Source: Nemertoderma westbladi (Eukaryota; Animalia; Xenacoelomorpha). Taken from it: a DNA stretch of 64,000 bases. The stretch's first letter is position 1. Every line of letters begins with the position of its first letter. Made by a program: the position numbers and the translations under genes. The notes beneath the pieces were generated by a model that was given only the letters and a program-made list of their open reading frames with translations, searched no databases and was not told where the DNA came from. Of the stretch, positions 37,297 to 49,916 are shown piece after piece. The stretch covers positions 34,803 to 98,802 of the forward strand of contig JAUCBJ010008653.1 of the NCBI GenBank assembly GCA_032718475.1. The letters run 5' to 3'.

Positions 37297-38994
37297 TGCC
37301 TCAATGGTTGGAAGGCCCACTTTGAAAAGCTCCTCAATAATGACAGGGTATTGCCTGATAACTTTATAGAAGTAAAAGTGTCTGAGTCTGTACTCACCGA
37401 TATTCCCATTGGTGATATCTCCTTTGCAGAAGTGAAGGCTGCTGCAAAGAGCATAAAGACCAATCGTGCCAGTGGAGTAGATGGTGTTCCCCCTGAGGTC
37501 TTTAAAATACCTGAGTGTTTAAAGCTCATCTATCCCATCATAGTAGACATGTACCGAACAACAAGAGTCCCACAAGAAATGAAAACAAATAAGTTTGTGC
37601 CAGTTCCCAAGAAGCTGCAACCTAACACTCTATGGTTATTTTCGGGGTATCTCATTGATCTCGATTGCTGCAAAGCTATACAATAGAATTCTATTAAATC
37701 GCATCAGGGATCCCATTGAGAGACTGCTCTCCATGGAAATCAGAATGGGTTCCGTAAAGGTCGTGGGACCATGGAGCCCATTTTGGCACTTAGAAGGATT
37801 ATCAAAAAAGAAAGACAGGCATCTGGCTGTTATCTTTGTTGACTTCTTCAAGGCCTTTGATTCAGTCTCTCGCTCACGTATGTTCAGCATACTTTCATTA
37901 TATGGGATTCCTGATGAAATTATTGCATCAATCAGATCAGTATACGATGGTTCGACAACATTTGTGTCTACTGTTGAGGGTGACACAGAACCATTTGAAG
38001 TGTTATGGGGCGTCCTCCAGGGAGACACACTTGCACCATTCTTGTTCATAATTGTTGTTGTCTATGTTCTACGCATGTCCTTAGATCATCATAATGATGA
38101 TGGGGTGATGATAAGTCCACCTACTGGCTCCAGAAGTCGAGGAAATCCTGCCAAGTACCTAACTGATCTAGACTTTGCTGAGTACTTAGGAGTACTCTCA
38201 GAATCACTAGAGGGAGCCCAACGGCTCCTCAGGTCATTAGAACATGTTGCTTCTAGTGTTGGTCTTTTTATTAACTCCAGAAAGACCAAAATTTTGACAG
38301 TTAACTTTGAAAGTCCTCAGCAAGTCTCTGATCGGATGAGCATAAGCTCAAAAGATGGTATGCTTGAGCATGTGGATGACTTCTGTTACCTGGGATCATG
38401 GATCCGGAAGTCAGGTAAGGACCTTCGAATACGTAAGGGAAAGGCATGGGCAGCCTTGAATAGGTTTTCCAGGATTTGAAAGTCACCGAGAATTAAACGG
38501 AAACTTAAGGTCCGATTATTTAGAGCAGCAGTAGTTCCAGTACTCCTCTATGGGAGTCCATGCTGGGCTCTAACTGCTGAGGACACCAAATCTCTGGATG
38601 GCACATTCACAAGAATGCTACGCCGGGTTCATTGTGTCAAGTACAATGCACACATCTCCAACCAGACACTATATAACATTGGAGGTGTCTCATTGGTTCC
38701 CCCAAGCTTGACACTAGAACAAAATCGCCTCCGCTTTGCAGGACATTGCTTTCGCCGTGAGGACCAGCCAGTGCATAACCTTGTACTTTGGCAGCCTCAT
38801 GGAGTGAATAAGCATGGTGGACAGCCCATGACTTTCTTGAGACGCATCTTAAAGGACACTTGCCTTGAAGATGCAGATGATCTAGCAAATGTCATGGGTG
38901 ATAGGGAGTTGTGGCGGTGCAATTTTGTCGAGAAGCCGGCACAGCATTCTTAAAAATGCAGCTGCAATGCAGCATGCCGATCCTAGTAGTAGTA
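37297..38994 (+). mobile_element. RTE-clade LINE, 5'-truncated, RT disrupted
   Basis: ASGVDGVPPE, RGISLISIAAK, FVDFFKAFDSV, GVLQGDTLAPFLF, (TAG)n tail; long imperfect TSD 37239-37296 / 38995-39045. Confidence 0.92.
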
Positions 38995-39417
38995 GAGATA
39001 TCGCAGAAAATCTGGCACAAGTCTACATTACCACCTTGAAGCGATATGGGCAAATACACTAAAAATGATACTTTGAATTATCTTAAGGCATCAAAAATAT
39101 ACACATCACTGCAACAAATTGATTTAGTGTATACAGACACCTTCAAAATGAAAGAGTAGTGATTAGTTCACTATAGTTTTTGTACAAAATGTGTGGAATG
39201 GGTCAACTCAACTTGTGTTGATGATGGGCTTGTGTCGGACTTCACATTTTCTGCGATATCTCAAGAACTATTCGCTCTATGCTTGTTTTGATGGTGTCTA
39301 CCCCCACCAAATCGGTCATTGCGGTTCTAATAGTATAGTATAATATTAAAGCAGTAGGAGAACTAAAAGTTGGCCATCGCGAAAATTGAGAATAATCATT
39401 ACTTGCGCAAAAGGGTA

Positions 39418-39650
39418 CTACTACTACTCATCCATACTACAGATCGGCATGCTGCATTTCAGCTGCATTTTTAAGAATGCTGTGCCGGCTTATCGACAAA
39501 ATTGCACCGCCACAACTCCCTATCAGACATTTGCTAGATCATCCGCATCTTCAAGGCCAGTGTCCTTTAAGATACGTCTCAAGAAAGTCATGGGCTGTCC
39601 ACCATGCTTATTCACTCCATGAGGCTGCCAAAGTACAAGATTATGCACTA
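39418..39650 (-). mobile_element. RTE-clade LINE 3' fragment
   Basis: Reverse complement of the RTE 3' end (VHNLVLWQPHGVNKHGG) with tail; approximate TSD cgc(a/c)aaagggta at 39406-39417 and 39651-39662. Confidence 0.88.
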
Positions 39651-39995
39651 CGCCAAAGGGTAGGTTCTGCCCCTGTGCCTGTGGAACTAGTTCCCTTGAT
39701 CCAAAAATCAAAATTTTGGTTTCTAACTAAGTTTGGACCCATTTGATGACATTTGATGCATGCAGGAAGTTATTTCTTGAGTCATTCATCTTTCATCAAT
39801 GTGTTATACAGTTTAAAATCTCATTATGGTGCATCGTGATGCCTCAAAATTTCAACACCCTTGGGATCCGTGAAGATATAGACAAAATTTATAGAAATTT
39901 TTTTTGCCTTAATTTTTTACCATTTGGCAACTTTTGTGCACAGGTAGAACAATGAAATCTAAAAAAAGTAAAAAACGCACCGCCCTAATGGTGCA

Positions 39996-42012
39996 GTGTT
40001 GTATCTTCTTAGGTGTTATCATGACAGTGATAAACACATGGTTTCCTTTGTCACATCTAAGGCTCGTACCACCCCGATTAAAAACCCAAAGTCGATCAAT
40101 AAATTAGAACTACAATCTTGTATCTTGGCTTTGCGGATAGGACAGACCATTATGAGGGAATTGTGGTACAAAATTGTGTCCAGAACGTTTTGGTCTGATT
40201 CAAAGGTTGCCCTTGGGTGGATCAAAAATCCAGACTTGAAACTTAAAACTTTTGAAACTATTCGTGTGACAGAAATAAGAAATAATTCTTTAGTTAATGA
40301 TGAGATATGTTCCAACCGATATGAATCCAGCTGACCATGTATCCCGGGGAATGACACCCCAGGAGTTAATAGATTGTAAACAGTGGTTTACAGGACCCGA
40401 GTTTCTCCAAGGTATGAAAGATACATGGCCAGCTGATCCAATTATATATAATGCCCCAGTCGATGAGTCAGAGGAGAAACCAAAGGTTTTCCTGTCTTCC
40501 ATTAAGATTTCAAATCCCGACTCTACAACTAAGTTTATTAAATATTTTAGGAATACAAATAGGTTGTATGTATGTACAGCAAGAATGAGACGTGCGCGTT
40601 GTGCACATTTTTGCAAGCGTCGTGGGTTAGAGTATCATCCTCCAGAAAGGATTTCGAAATGTGAGATGGATGCAGCAAAGGTAGCTGTAGTAAGGTATGT
40701 CCAGCGTCCATTTGAGGATGATCGTCTAAGGTTATTATCAGGTTGCCCGGTAAGGAAAGGAAGTCCATTAGAGAGGATGAACCCTCATGTAGATAAATCT
40801 GGTGTATTAAGGATGGGTTCACGCTGTATTAGTACACCATTAGATTTTGATGAGATGAATCCAGTAGTTATTCCTAAGGATTCTGTTTTAATTCCTCATA
40901 TTATTTATGATCATCATTGGTCTTTAGGACATGCTGGCAGAGAGCATGTTACCAATGAAATTCGTAGGAGGTATTGGATCATAGGCTTGAGGTCACAAAT
41001 TAAGGTTTTCTTAAGTAAATGCATGATTTGTAAGATGCGTGATCATAGGCTCATGAAGCAACAAATGGCAAATCTTCCTTCTTATAGAACTGAACCATAC
41101 CTACCTCCATATACAAGGACGGGAGTAGATTATTTTGGTCCCATTGATACTAAACGGGGAAGGGCACGGGTGAAACGTTGGGTAGCATTATATACCTGTC
41201 TTGCAACTCGTGCTGTGGAATTAGATGTTGTTGAAGACCTTTCGACAAACTCATTCATCAACTCACTTCGTCGCTTTGTTAACTCGAAAGCAAGGAGGGT
41301 TACTGATATATATAGTGACAATGGTACCAACTTTGTGGGTGCTGAGCGGCAGCTGCATGAAGCACTCGATGATTTAAATCACATAGATTTCTCTAATGTG
41401 TTGGTCCCAAATCATCGAATTAACTTTCATCACCAGCCACCAGGAGGTCCACATATGTCTGGAGTCTGGGAACGTCTCGTAGGTCTAACCAAAAACATAA
41501 TTAAATTGACATTGGAAAAAGAGTTAGTTAACGATGATACATTGCGAACAGTCTTGTCTGAAGCTCAGGCAATATTAAACAGTCGTCCGCTCTACTCAAC
41601 AACTGATGATGTTAGAGGTGACACCATACTTACCCCAAATCATGCCCTATGTCTTGACCCTGTTTCCAATTTACCACCAGGTCTATTTATTACAGCTAAT
41701 GATGGAATTGAACGTACCTGGAGACAATCTCAAGTCCTAAGTAATTTCTTTTGGAAGAGATTTATCAGGGAGTACCTACCCACCCTTCATAAAAGAACAA
41801 AGTGGTACCGCCCAGGATACAATCTTAAGGTTAACGATATGGTTCTTGTCATGGATGAGAACTCTATCAAAGGTGCATGGATAGTTGGACGGATTACTCG
41901 TGTCTTCCCTGGTGAGGACAAGCTAGTCCGTGTTGCTGAGATAAAGTTGAGAGGAGGTTCAGTACTCAAACGCCCTATTCATAAGCTGTGCCTACTTGAG
42001 CAGGCTCAATGA
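39996..42012 (+). pseudogene. pol: Element A RNase H C-terminus and integrase
   Basis: SKARTTP, KLELQ, FWSDSKVAL, NPADHVSRG, HAG...CMIC, GVDYFGP, YSDNGTNF, GVWERLV, KRPIHKLCLLE; one frameshift near 40300. Confidence 0.95.
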
Positions 42013-43290
42013 GTACCTACTTCCTAACCATATCTCGGAGTCTAGTAAAGGTGTAATTGTACATCAAACACCTTGATAACTAAATATGAGTTATGTATAT
42101 TATGATTCAAACTTCAAAAAACTGTATTTTGAGAGACATCATAATAAATAAATGAGAATGTTATTTATTGAATCTGGTATTGACTTATAAACACCACACT
42201 GATTTCATAATCTTTAGTTATTACGATGTTAAATGGTATATATATCTACGATATGGCGTTTGATATTAACTTCAATTAATTCTGAGTGTGGGAAATGATA
42301 TAAATATATATTTTACAAACTTTTAACCCATTCTAGGTTTTGCGCAGCATTAAAAAGAGCTGCTATTGGTATCCTCTCCTGGTTTCGCGGTTTCGGTTTT
42401 GTTATTTTTATTCTTGTTTTGGTCTTTTTGGGACATCCGGAGTCTATCATTACGACTCGGATTTGGTTTCCAAGTGATTAATAATCTTTTGTAAAGACAA
42501 TATTTAATCAATATTAAATAAATGTGTCATTTTAATGACTGTAATCTGTAACTTATATATTATAATTTTGTATGGTGATATGATGAAGTCTAACAATGAC
42601 GTGGCATGATGACAACTGGATGATGTCAATCACCTTTGATCTTTTAGGGATACAATGATGTTCACAAAGTCACGAAATCAACTCTGTCAAAGATGATGCA
42701 TTTTGACTTATCATCTGAATGAAGCATTTTCTCTAACTTGATGAGTCAGCTCCACCCCGCCGTCGTACAACGATGATGTTAATGAAGATGACGGTTCACA
42801 AAGATAAACATTTAACTATAGTATATAAATTAATTTAACTGTTTGAATTATGGTATAAAGACGCAGGTTGTTAAAACAACAATAAAAACAGACGACAGAA
42901 CTGACCAATCTGAGGGCTCAGATGGCGGCGTAGTCATGGATACAAACTAAAATAATTAATGGGAGACGCTAATGGTTTCTACATTTTACACGGATTGTTG
43001 AAAACTTTAAGATAACTTCATTAGTTCCCATTACTTGTTATACAGTATTATAGAATCTTCAAATATTTTCCAATGAGTTTTAGTTTAGTATTAATGGAAT
43101 TTGGTCAATGGTGAGCTTTGTGCTGCGTGTAGGCATGTTGTATATTTTTAGTAACGTATTACATAGCTAATGTTCGATTTAATTGTTTGTCACTGTTATG
43201 GAATGGAACCATTTTTTGGAAGGGTTAGTTTATATTTGCCATAATTCGTTTTATTTAGCAAATAATCCATATCCATTTAATGTGCGGGAG

Positions 43291-44074
43291 TAAGAAGTAG
43301 TTTTAGAAAATGTAGTTATATAAACTATACTATGCTAACTATAGTTATATAAAGATAGGCCCATACATTCTATGTTATCTTTTATAAGTGCGCTACATTA
43401 TTATATGGATAGAGACTTAGCCCACAATACAATGCCCACATACAATGCCCACAGTAATTATCAGCAGCTTTAGTAAACCTTCCCTATTGGCCAACCTGTT
43501 CACAATATCTCATATTACTCAACCAGTGTTTATCCTTGTTTATAAGGTGTATATCTCTCTGATTGGCTCACATGCAATGTTTGTTTATCTCATATGTAGT
43601 TTCCTGTGGGTTTATATTGCCTTACATATTTCCTATATGATATAGCGGCTGTTAGTGTTATAGCTAGTTATCTGATAGTGACACTGAAGCGTTAGGGAAG
43701 CACAGCCGGTTTCAGTATGTTTAGAGTTGGATCTTTCATTAATGTATTAACATCATAACAATTAAGATTACTGATTAAACCACATAAATCTACTTATCAA
43801 CATTATTGCAATTATCATTATTATTAACGTTACCGTATACATTAACATAGTGCATTAATTATATTCATCTTGTTATATTAGTGTAATTTAGAAATGCTAT
43901 TGAGATTATATTGACAATTATTATTATTATATTTCATTTATATTTATACATGTTCTTTTAGCTAAGGTTAGATGCTTACATACATATGACAAATGACACA
44001 ACTCAAAGGTCCATCCTGTTTCGTTTATTGATTTAGTTTATAAACATATCAACGACCGAGTTGTGCGTTGATAT
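43291..44074 (+). repeat. 3' LTR of element A
   Basis: 43335-44074 matches 8681-9414; the start is placed after the purine tract gcgggag. Termini are not canonical TG..CA, so exact ends are uncertain. Confidence 0.8.
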
Positions 44075-45130
44075 GGGCGGGTGGCCGGCGTAATCGGGGC
44101 GATGGCTGGCCCAGTCAGCACCATATTATTCATGCCGACTTGGTTGTTTGGTTGGCAGTTTGTCGTTTGACGGTTTGTCGTTTGGTTGGTAATGGCGTTG
44201 CAGTGGGCTTGGTTTGCTCTGAATATGAGTAGTTCGTTGTCGCCGTGAGGTCGCCACCGCGGCGTATCGGGCACCGCAGGATGCCCAAGGTGAAGCACGC
44301 CGTCGGGAGAGGAGGGGCTGTTGGAGTCCATTGAGAACCCACAGGTCTGTAGTGCAGACAGTTCTGAGGGTGACACATCGAAGTGTGGCATTAAATATGC
44401 CTTTAAGCGACCAACCATCGCGGCTCACATTGGCAAGGTGGGGGGCCTGGGGGGAATCGGAGTCTCAGTGATTTGTCATTGGTTCGCCGTTGGGGTGGCG
44501 GCGGTTCTCGAGGCGACCACCGAACGCCCGGAAGGTTCGCCATGGGATGGTGGACACATTAACTCCAGAATTGGGCAGGAATTGGAGTTCGGGGATTCCG
44601 TGTGAGGGGTTCTTGGTGACCTGGAATCCGATGGTCACTGTCTCTATGGAATCGAGTCTCTCGGTGGCGGAGATGGCTGGGATGGCTCCAAAGTCGAGTC
44701 CCTCCAGGATTGTCGACCATATTTGGGCGTGGCTGGCGGACTCTGGAGTGTTCCGGGCATTGCCTGGTACCCAATTGGTTGAGTTTGTCTTTGGGTTGTG
44801 AGTGGGGCAGTTGTGGCACATGCGGTCATAGTGGCTGACCAGGTTGCAGTGCCGGCAGTGCGCCGCAGCTCCCGGGCAACGTTTACCTGCCAGGTGAGGG
44901 GGGTACCCACATTGCGGGCACTTCGAGTTCGACCATCCTTGGGTGGTGGTTGCGTGCGTCGCGGTGTCACTCAAGATGTGACTGGCGACTACAGAAGGAA
45001 TGGACGAGGGGTTGGCAAGGGATGCCGCGTCTTTGCTGGTGGCCCAGATGGCTTGTGCTAGTCGGAGTGCGTCGCCGAGGGTGCAGTCGTTACGAAGCCG
45101 AAGGAAAAAAGATGACTCTTCGTAGGGTCA
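44067..45130 (-). pseudogene. Ty3/Gypsy gag C-terminus and protease remnant; 5' part of the split element
   Basis: CPQCGYPPHLAGKRCPG..CRHCNLVSHYDRMC knuckles, degenerate protease FLPNSGVNVS; joins in frame to the RT ORF ending at 8557. Confidence 0.85.
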
Positions 45131-45199
45131 TTGGGGGGGGGGGGGGGGGGAGTGTTTGCATTATTTTCAAATTAGGTGCTCGGCATATATAAAAATTAT

Positions 45200-48000
45200 A
45201 AATGATAACGAACGAATATTCCGGACACCATGTGCAAAAAAAAACCAGAATGATTAAAAGTTAAAAATAACATGGTTACGGTGATTTTTAATGCCTACTA
45301 AACACAAAATCTCAAAAAAGTGCTTTTATTGGGGCCAAAATTCTAAGAATTCAAGTACAATCCAGCTCCAGGTAGCTGGTAGCCAAGGGACAAATGCCTG
45401 ATTGGCGCCGGTCAGCCTAGCACAAGCCTGCAAAGGATTCGGGTTAGTGTGACACTAGGCGTCACAAAGGGGGGGACCCCAAGTTGAGCCAGTCAGCATA
45501 GGGCGAGCCTGGAAAGGATTCGACCCAGGGTGACACTAGGCAGAGCGTGGGAGAAAGGTACATAGACAGCCAACCCCAAGCAAAGCAGCTTGACTTGCCT
45601 TAGGACCCACCCCCTAAAGGGATGGCGATGGGCGATGGTGAATGGTACACAAGGGACAATCTTAACGAGGGACTTGGACTGCCCGAGCTGCGCCAGTCAG
45701 CTTGGTGCGAGCTTGAAAAGGATTCGAACTCTGGTGTTACTAGGCGTCGTATGGACCCAACAAACCCCAAAGTTAAGCCAGTTGACTTGCCTTAGGACTC
45801 ACCCTGTACGGGATGGCGAGGGGTGAGCAGTACGCTGAAGGGTTGATGCTTTACCGACTAGACGGAGTTAGTTAGTTAGTTAGTTAAAATCTTTTATTCA
45901 TCAAAACTCCGATGTTTAAAAAACATATGGAGGCAGCCCGTCTGGATGGCCCAGACATGGCTGATGATTGGTGATGAATAAGCGTCAGCAGCCGCACGTT
46001 ATTTGTTCTAAATCTAAATCTATGCTACAATACATACTACTAGTATTAAACACTCACTCAAATATATTTATACATACTCATACACACACAATCGTAATTG
46101 ACACTAATATAACAGCACAATAAATAATAATAACCAATGAGTATAGCAGGTTGCAATGTAGGGCTAGTGGCAGTTAATAATACTGTTCGTTAAAAAACGG
46201 TTGAATAATTGTAACTGGTTGTTGTCTTTTAGTTGAAGTTATGTAATTGCATTTCTGTCGTATTTTGTATGAAAGTGTTTTTTTAACGCGCGCATGAATT
46301 CCTTGTATTGCCTTAGGAGTGTTAGTGTTTTATTTGTGCAGTTCCATAGGCGTGCAAAACTTAACATAGCGCTGTTGTATGATATTGTGTTTTTCGTTAT
46401 TGGAATTTTTACTTTATTCGTTCTCGGGTTTAATAGTTGTTTCTGACTGTTGCTAATAAATGGTAGTTCTAAGTTTTGGAATGGTTTGGTAATTTTGAAT
46501 ATATTATATTGATAAAAAAATCGTAAAGCAAAATATTCCCTAAGGGCTCTTAGTGTTGGTAGTTTTGATAGACGACGTAATTCGGTGCCAGAAATATCAG
46601 AAATCTTTTTGCTATGGACAATGCGAAGTCCATAGTTTTGTATTTTCTCTAAGCTATATAAGATAGTTTTAAAGCCGTGGACATTATGCAATGATACTAG
46701 TACTTCACAGCAGTAATTGTGGTATGGTAATACTGTAGCCTTATAAATATTTAGTTTTGTGCCTACTGGTAGCTGACCCTTTATCTGCCGAAGTCCAGAG
46801 ACGGCCTGGATCATTTTATTTGAGGTGATCTTAATTTGTTCGCGCCATTCAAGTTTGTTGTCAATGGTTAGACCAAGGTAATTGATGTGTGTAGATTGTG
46901 AAATGTTAGTCTGTTTATTTGTATCCTCACTGAGATCCAGTTGTATGCTATTTATCTCGTCTGTTCTAGAATTTGGGGATATTAACATGAATTCAGTCTT
47001 ATCGTTATTTAGTTTGAGGTGCAAATAGCTAAAAATGTCCTTTAGTTCATTTATGTGTTTACTCAATGATATTGCAGCTCTGTTTGGATTTTTATCATGA
47101 CAGTATACTAAGGTGTCGTCTGCATATTGGATTAGTAGGAGTTTACTTTTGCTAGCTATGGAATTTACATACATTAAAAATATAATCGGGCCAAGGAGTG
47201 TTCCCTGTGGAATTCCGTGATTGATTAGTTTCCACTCAGAAGTGGTTCCGTTGAGTTTCACTCTTTGATATCTGTTTACTAAAAAAGTGCGCAGCATAGA
47301 GATAGCAGTGTTGTGGAATCCAAACTCGCCTAATTTTTGTAATAATATTGTGTGGTTCAATGAATTGAATGCTTTGCTAAGGTCTAGGGCTCCAATAGCT
47401 ACATATTCACCAGTATTTAAGAGGAGTGGAGTGATATTTATCATGGAGTGATATGCAGCATCACTGCTGCATTCTCTCGCAGACTGAAAGACACTAATGG
47501 ACAGCCAAGCGGAGCAGGTCAGCGTATCACAAGCCTGAAAAGGATTCAGGGTACAGTAACACTAGGCAAAGCAAGGGATAGACCCGATGGACTACCAACG
47601 GATTTTCGATGGCCCAATGACCGACTTATGATTGACACAGACAGACCAGACAGACGGGTATCAAAATGTGGTCCTGGGGGTTAAAATCTAAATAAATAAT
47701 TCTGACTGACCAAATAATTCGTAAATGTAGGCTTATTATAAAAAACTCATTTGATTATTATTATTGTGTATATTCAATTTATATTGGCGTATTGAGAAGT
47801 CCCATATATTTGGAATCAGTGTGTATCAGTGCAAAGAGAACTTGATCAGTTAGAATAAAAATTGATGATTCAACACAACTTGTTATTTTTCCTTTTCGAC
47901 TGCATTACCAATCACATCCTGATCCAATATCCAGTGATTAGTATTGCGGAGATCCACAACCATCTCAAACTTACATCGGCGTTATTGAAATAACGGCAAC
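45200..48000 (+). repeat. Dispersed repeat, copy 2 (interrupted by a LINE)
   Basis: Collinear with 2070-2945, with extra degenerate gagcct..aaaggattcg units at 45420-45740. Confidence 0.8.
45869..47444 (-). mobile_element. CR1/L2-like LINE, 5'-truncated; RT ORF 46239-47444 open
   Basis: LDLSKAFNSLNH, GIPQGTLLGP, QYADDT, LNNDKTE, YLGLTID; AATAAA then (TAAC)n tail; 5-bp TSD GGAGT (45864-45868 and 47445-47449); empty site visible in copy 1 at ~2385. Confidence 0.9.
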
Positions 48001-48385
48001 AGCATAAATATCACACAATCCACTAGAATTTGAACCGAAATAGTTAGTTACTCGAACTTCCTTTCTGCTTACCTCTTAAAATAATAAAGAAAGTTAGTTG
48101 AGATTATCGATTCTCTAAATAATTCTCCAATACGATACATGTTCTCCAAATATAAACAAGAGTCCAGCTAGTTAGTTAGGTAACTTTACAGTGCACGATA
48201 ATTTACGCCAATGTTGTTTCTGGGCCAGCACCATCAGACTGCCGGGACTTAGGTATGTATTGCACTAAAATATCCGCAAAAGGTGAGTCATAGAATTCAT
48301 AGAAAAATATATATTTTTTCTGCAAAAGCTTTAACAACATGGTTTATGGGTAGAACGTCATCTTAAGTTAGCGACATTATTGAAT

Positions 48386-48645
48386 AGCCTTGAATAGGCT
48401 TTCCAGGTTTTGGAAGTCACCGAGAATTAATCGGAAACTTAAGGTCCGATTATTTAGAGCAACAGTAGTTCCAGTACTCCTCTATGGGAAGTCCATGCTG
48501 GGCTCTAACTGCTGAGGACACCAAATCTCTGGATGGCACATTCGCAAGAATGCAACACCGGGTTCATTGTGTCAAGTACAATGCACACATCTCCAACGAG
48601 ACACTATATAACATTGGAGGTGTCTCATTGATTCCCCCAAGCTTG
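48386..48645 (+). mobile_element. RTE-clade LINE internal fragment
   Basis: Near-identical to ~38452-38710 (SPCWALTAEDTKSLDG); no tail. Confidence 0.85.
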
Positions 48646-48809
48646 GATAGGGGACTATCTGGGACTGTTTTCGAATTGTTGGTGAGTTTTTCTGACTGTT
48701 GGTATGTCTTTTTGTTCGCGCTTTCAGACCTTTAGCAGTTTAACCTGCCAATTTTAATTGTCCTTTTGATTATGAATCGACCTTGGCCCTTACCAATTAT
48801 CTGGTGTAC

Positions 48810-49838
48810 TGAAGTTACATCCGCCGAAGCCAGTCCGTGCACGGCGTATGACCCACGGTGTGGGAGACTGGATTCGGTTTCCCTAGGAAGTTATTGCAGT
48901 GTAGGCTACTTTGTATTATTCGATTGATCGCTGCTACTATATAATCTCTGACAACTATATTTACTTTCGGGGAAATATTAACAGTTCCTTTAGGACGTGG
49001 CGCTTTAAGTATAAAAACAGAGTTATGACTTACACTAATCACAACTAGATGGCCACAGAGTTTCGTAAATAGTGCATTGTTAGGAGATGGTTTATTAACA
49101 TTCACACGACTTCACACTAATTCACACTAATTTGCCGACCGTCACTGATTTTGATCATATATAAGGAGGATTGCAACTGACACACGTAGGGATTATGAAA
49201 TAGCATTTAATTCACACAAAACCACTATGATTTGAGTCACAGTTGCTACCGGTAAATCCTTCCTCCGCTTACCTCAGTAATCAAGAAGATTGAGGGGTTT
49301 ACGTTTATTTATCGGTATTCTCCAAATATAACATCCATTAATATATACAGCAATTAACACAATATAAAACAGCATTAAAACAGTGCGGAGAACAGTCAGT
49401 ATGTGTTCATGAAGTTCAGTGTTCCGGTATGACAAGAGTTATTGCCGCATGTTCAGTCCATGTGCAGTCGTACGAATTGAGTTAATAGATTTACATTCTT
49501 ATAACTAGGTCCATTAGATGTTCTTGGGCCAAAGTATGAAACGACTGTACTTAGTACAGAATTCTGAGAGGAATCTAATTCTCAAAAAAAACGATAACTA
49601 AATGCGCATGCGCTAGTTTCCTCAGGTAGATCTCTACTGGCATAACTAGGAAGATTGCTCTGATTGGCTGAATAAGCTTGAACAAAGAGATCTCCATGTA
49701 CACAAAGAATCAGCTGACAGATTTCGTCATCTTGGTTCTAATTTCTGTCCGACGCGTAGTTGAACAATTTTAGGGCTATTTTAGAGTATTCTGCGCATTG
49801 CGTAAAAATGACTTGTTATGTCCGCAAAAGCTTTTACA
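48810..49838 (-). repeat. Candidate 3' LTR of element C
   Basis: On the minus strand: purine run gggaacgg then TGTAAAAG..., CCAAT (~49663), TATA-like (~49160), AATAAA (~49092), end ...AACTTCA. The partner LTR is not in the window. Confidence 0.5.
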
Positions 49839-49916
49839 CCGTTCCCAGAAAATGGGATTTAAGTCTATAAAATATAAAAAATCACAGTTTCTAAAATACA
49901 AAAATACTCTAAACTA

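Larger units (their letters stand above)
29566..39987. mobile_element. hAT-like non-autonomous fold-back element (~1.2 kb without its insertions), inserted in element A pol
   Basis: TIR tagggcgatgcgttttttactttttt / aaaaaagtaaaaaacgcaccgcccta; 8-bp TSD ATGGTGCA (29558-29565 and 39988-39995). Removing it rejoins DASKEGYGA to VLYL. Inverted arms are ~500 bp. Confidence 0.9.
8681..44074 (+). mobile_element. BEL/Pao LTR retrotransposon A with multiple nested insertions
   Basis: ~735-bp direct repeats at both ends enclose a plus-strand BEL-type gag-pol; purine-rich gcgggag at ~43284-43290 precedes the right LTR. The 5' LTR-to-gag distance is long and full of other repeats, so pairing of the left repeat with this gag-pol is inferred. 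Confidence 0.7.
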
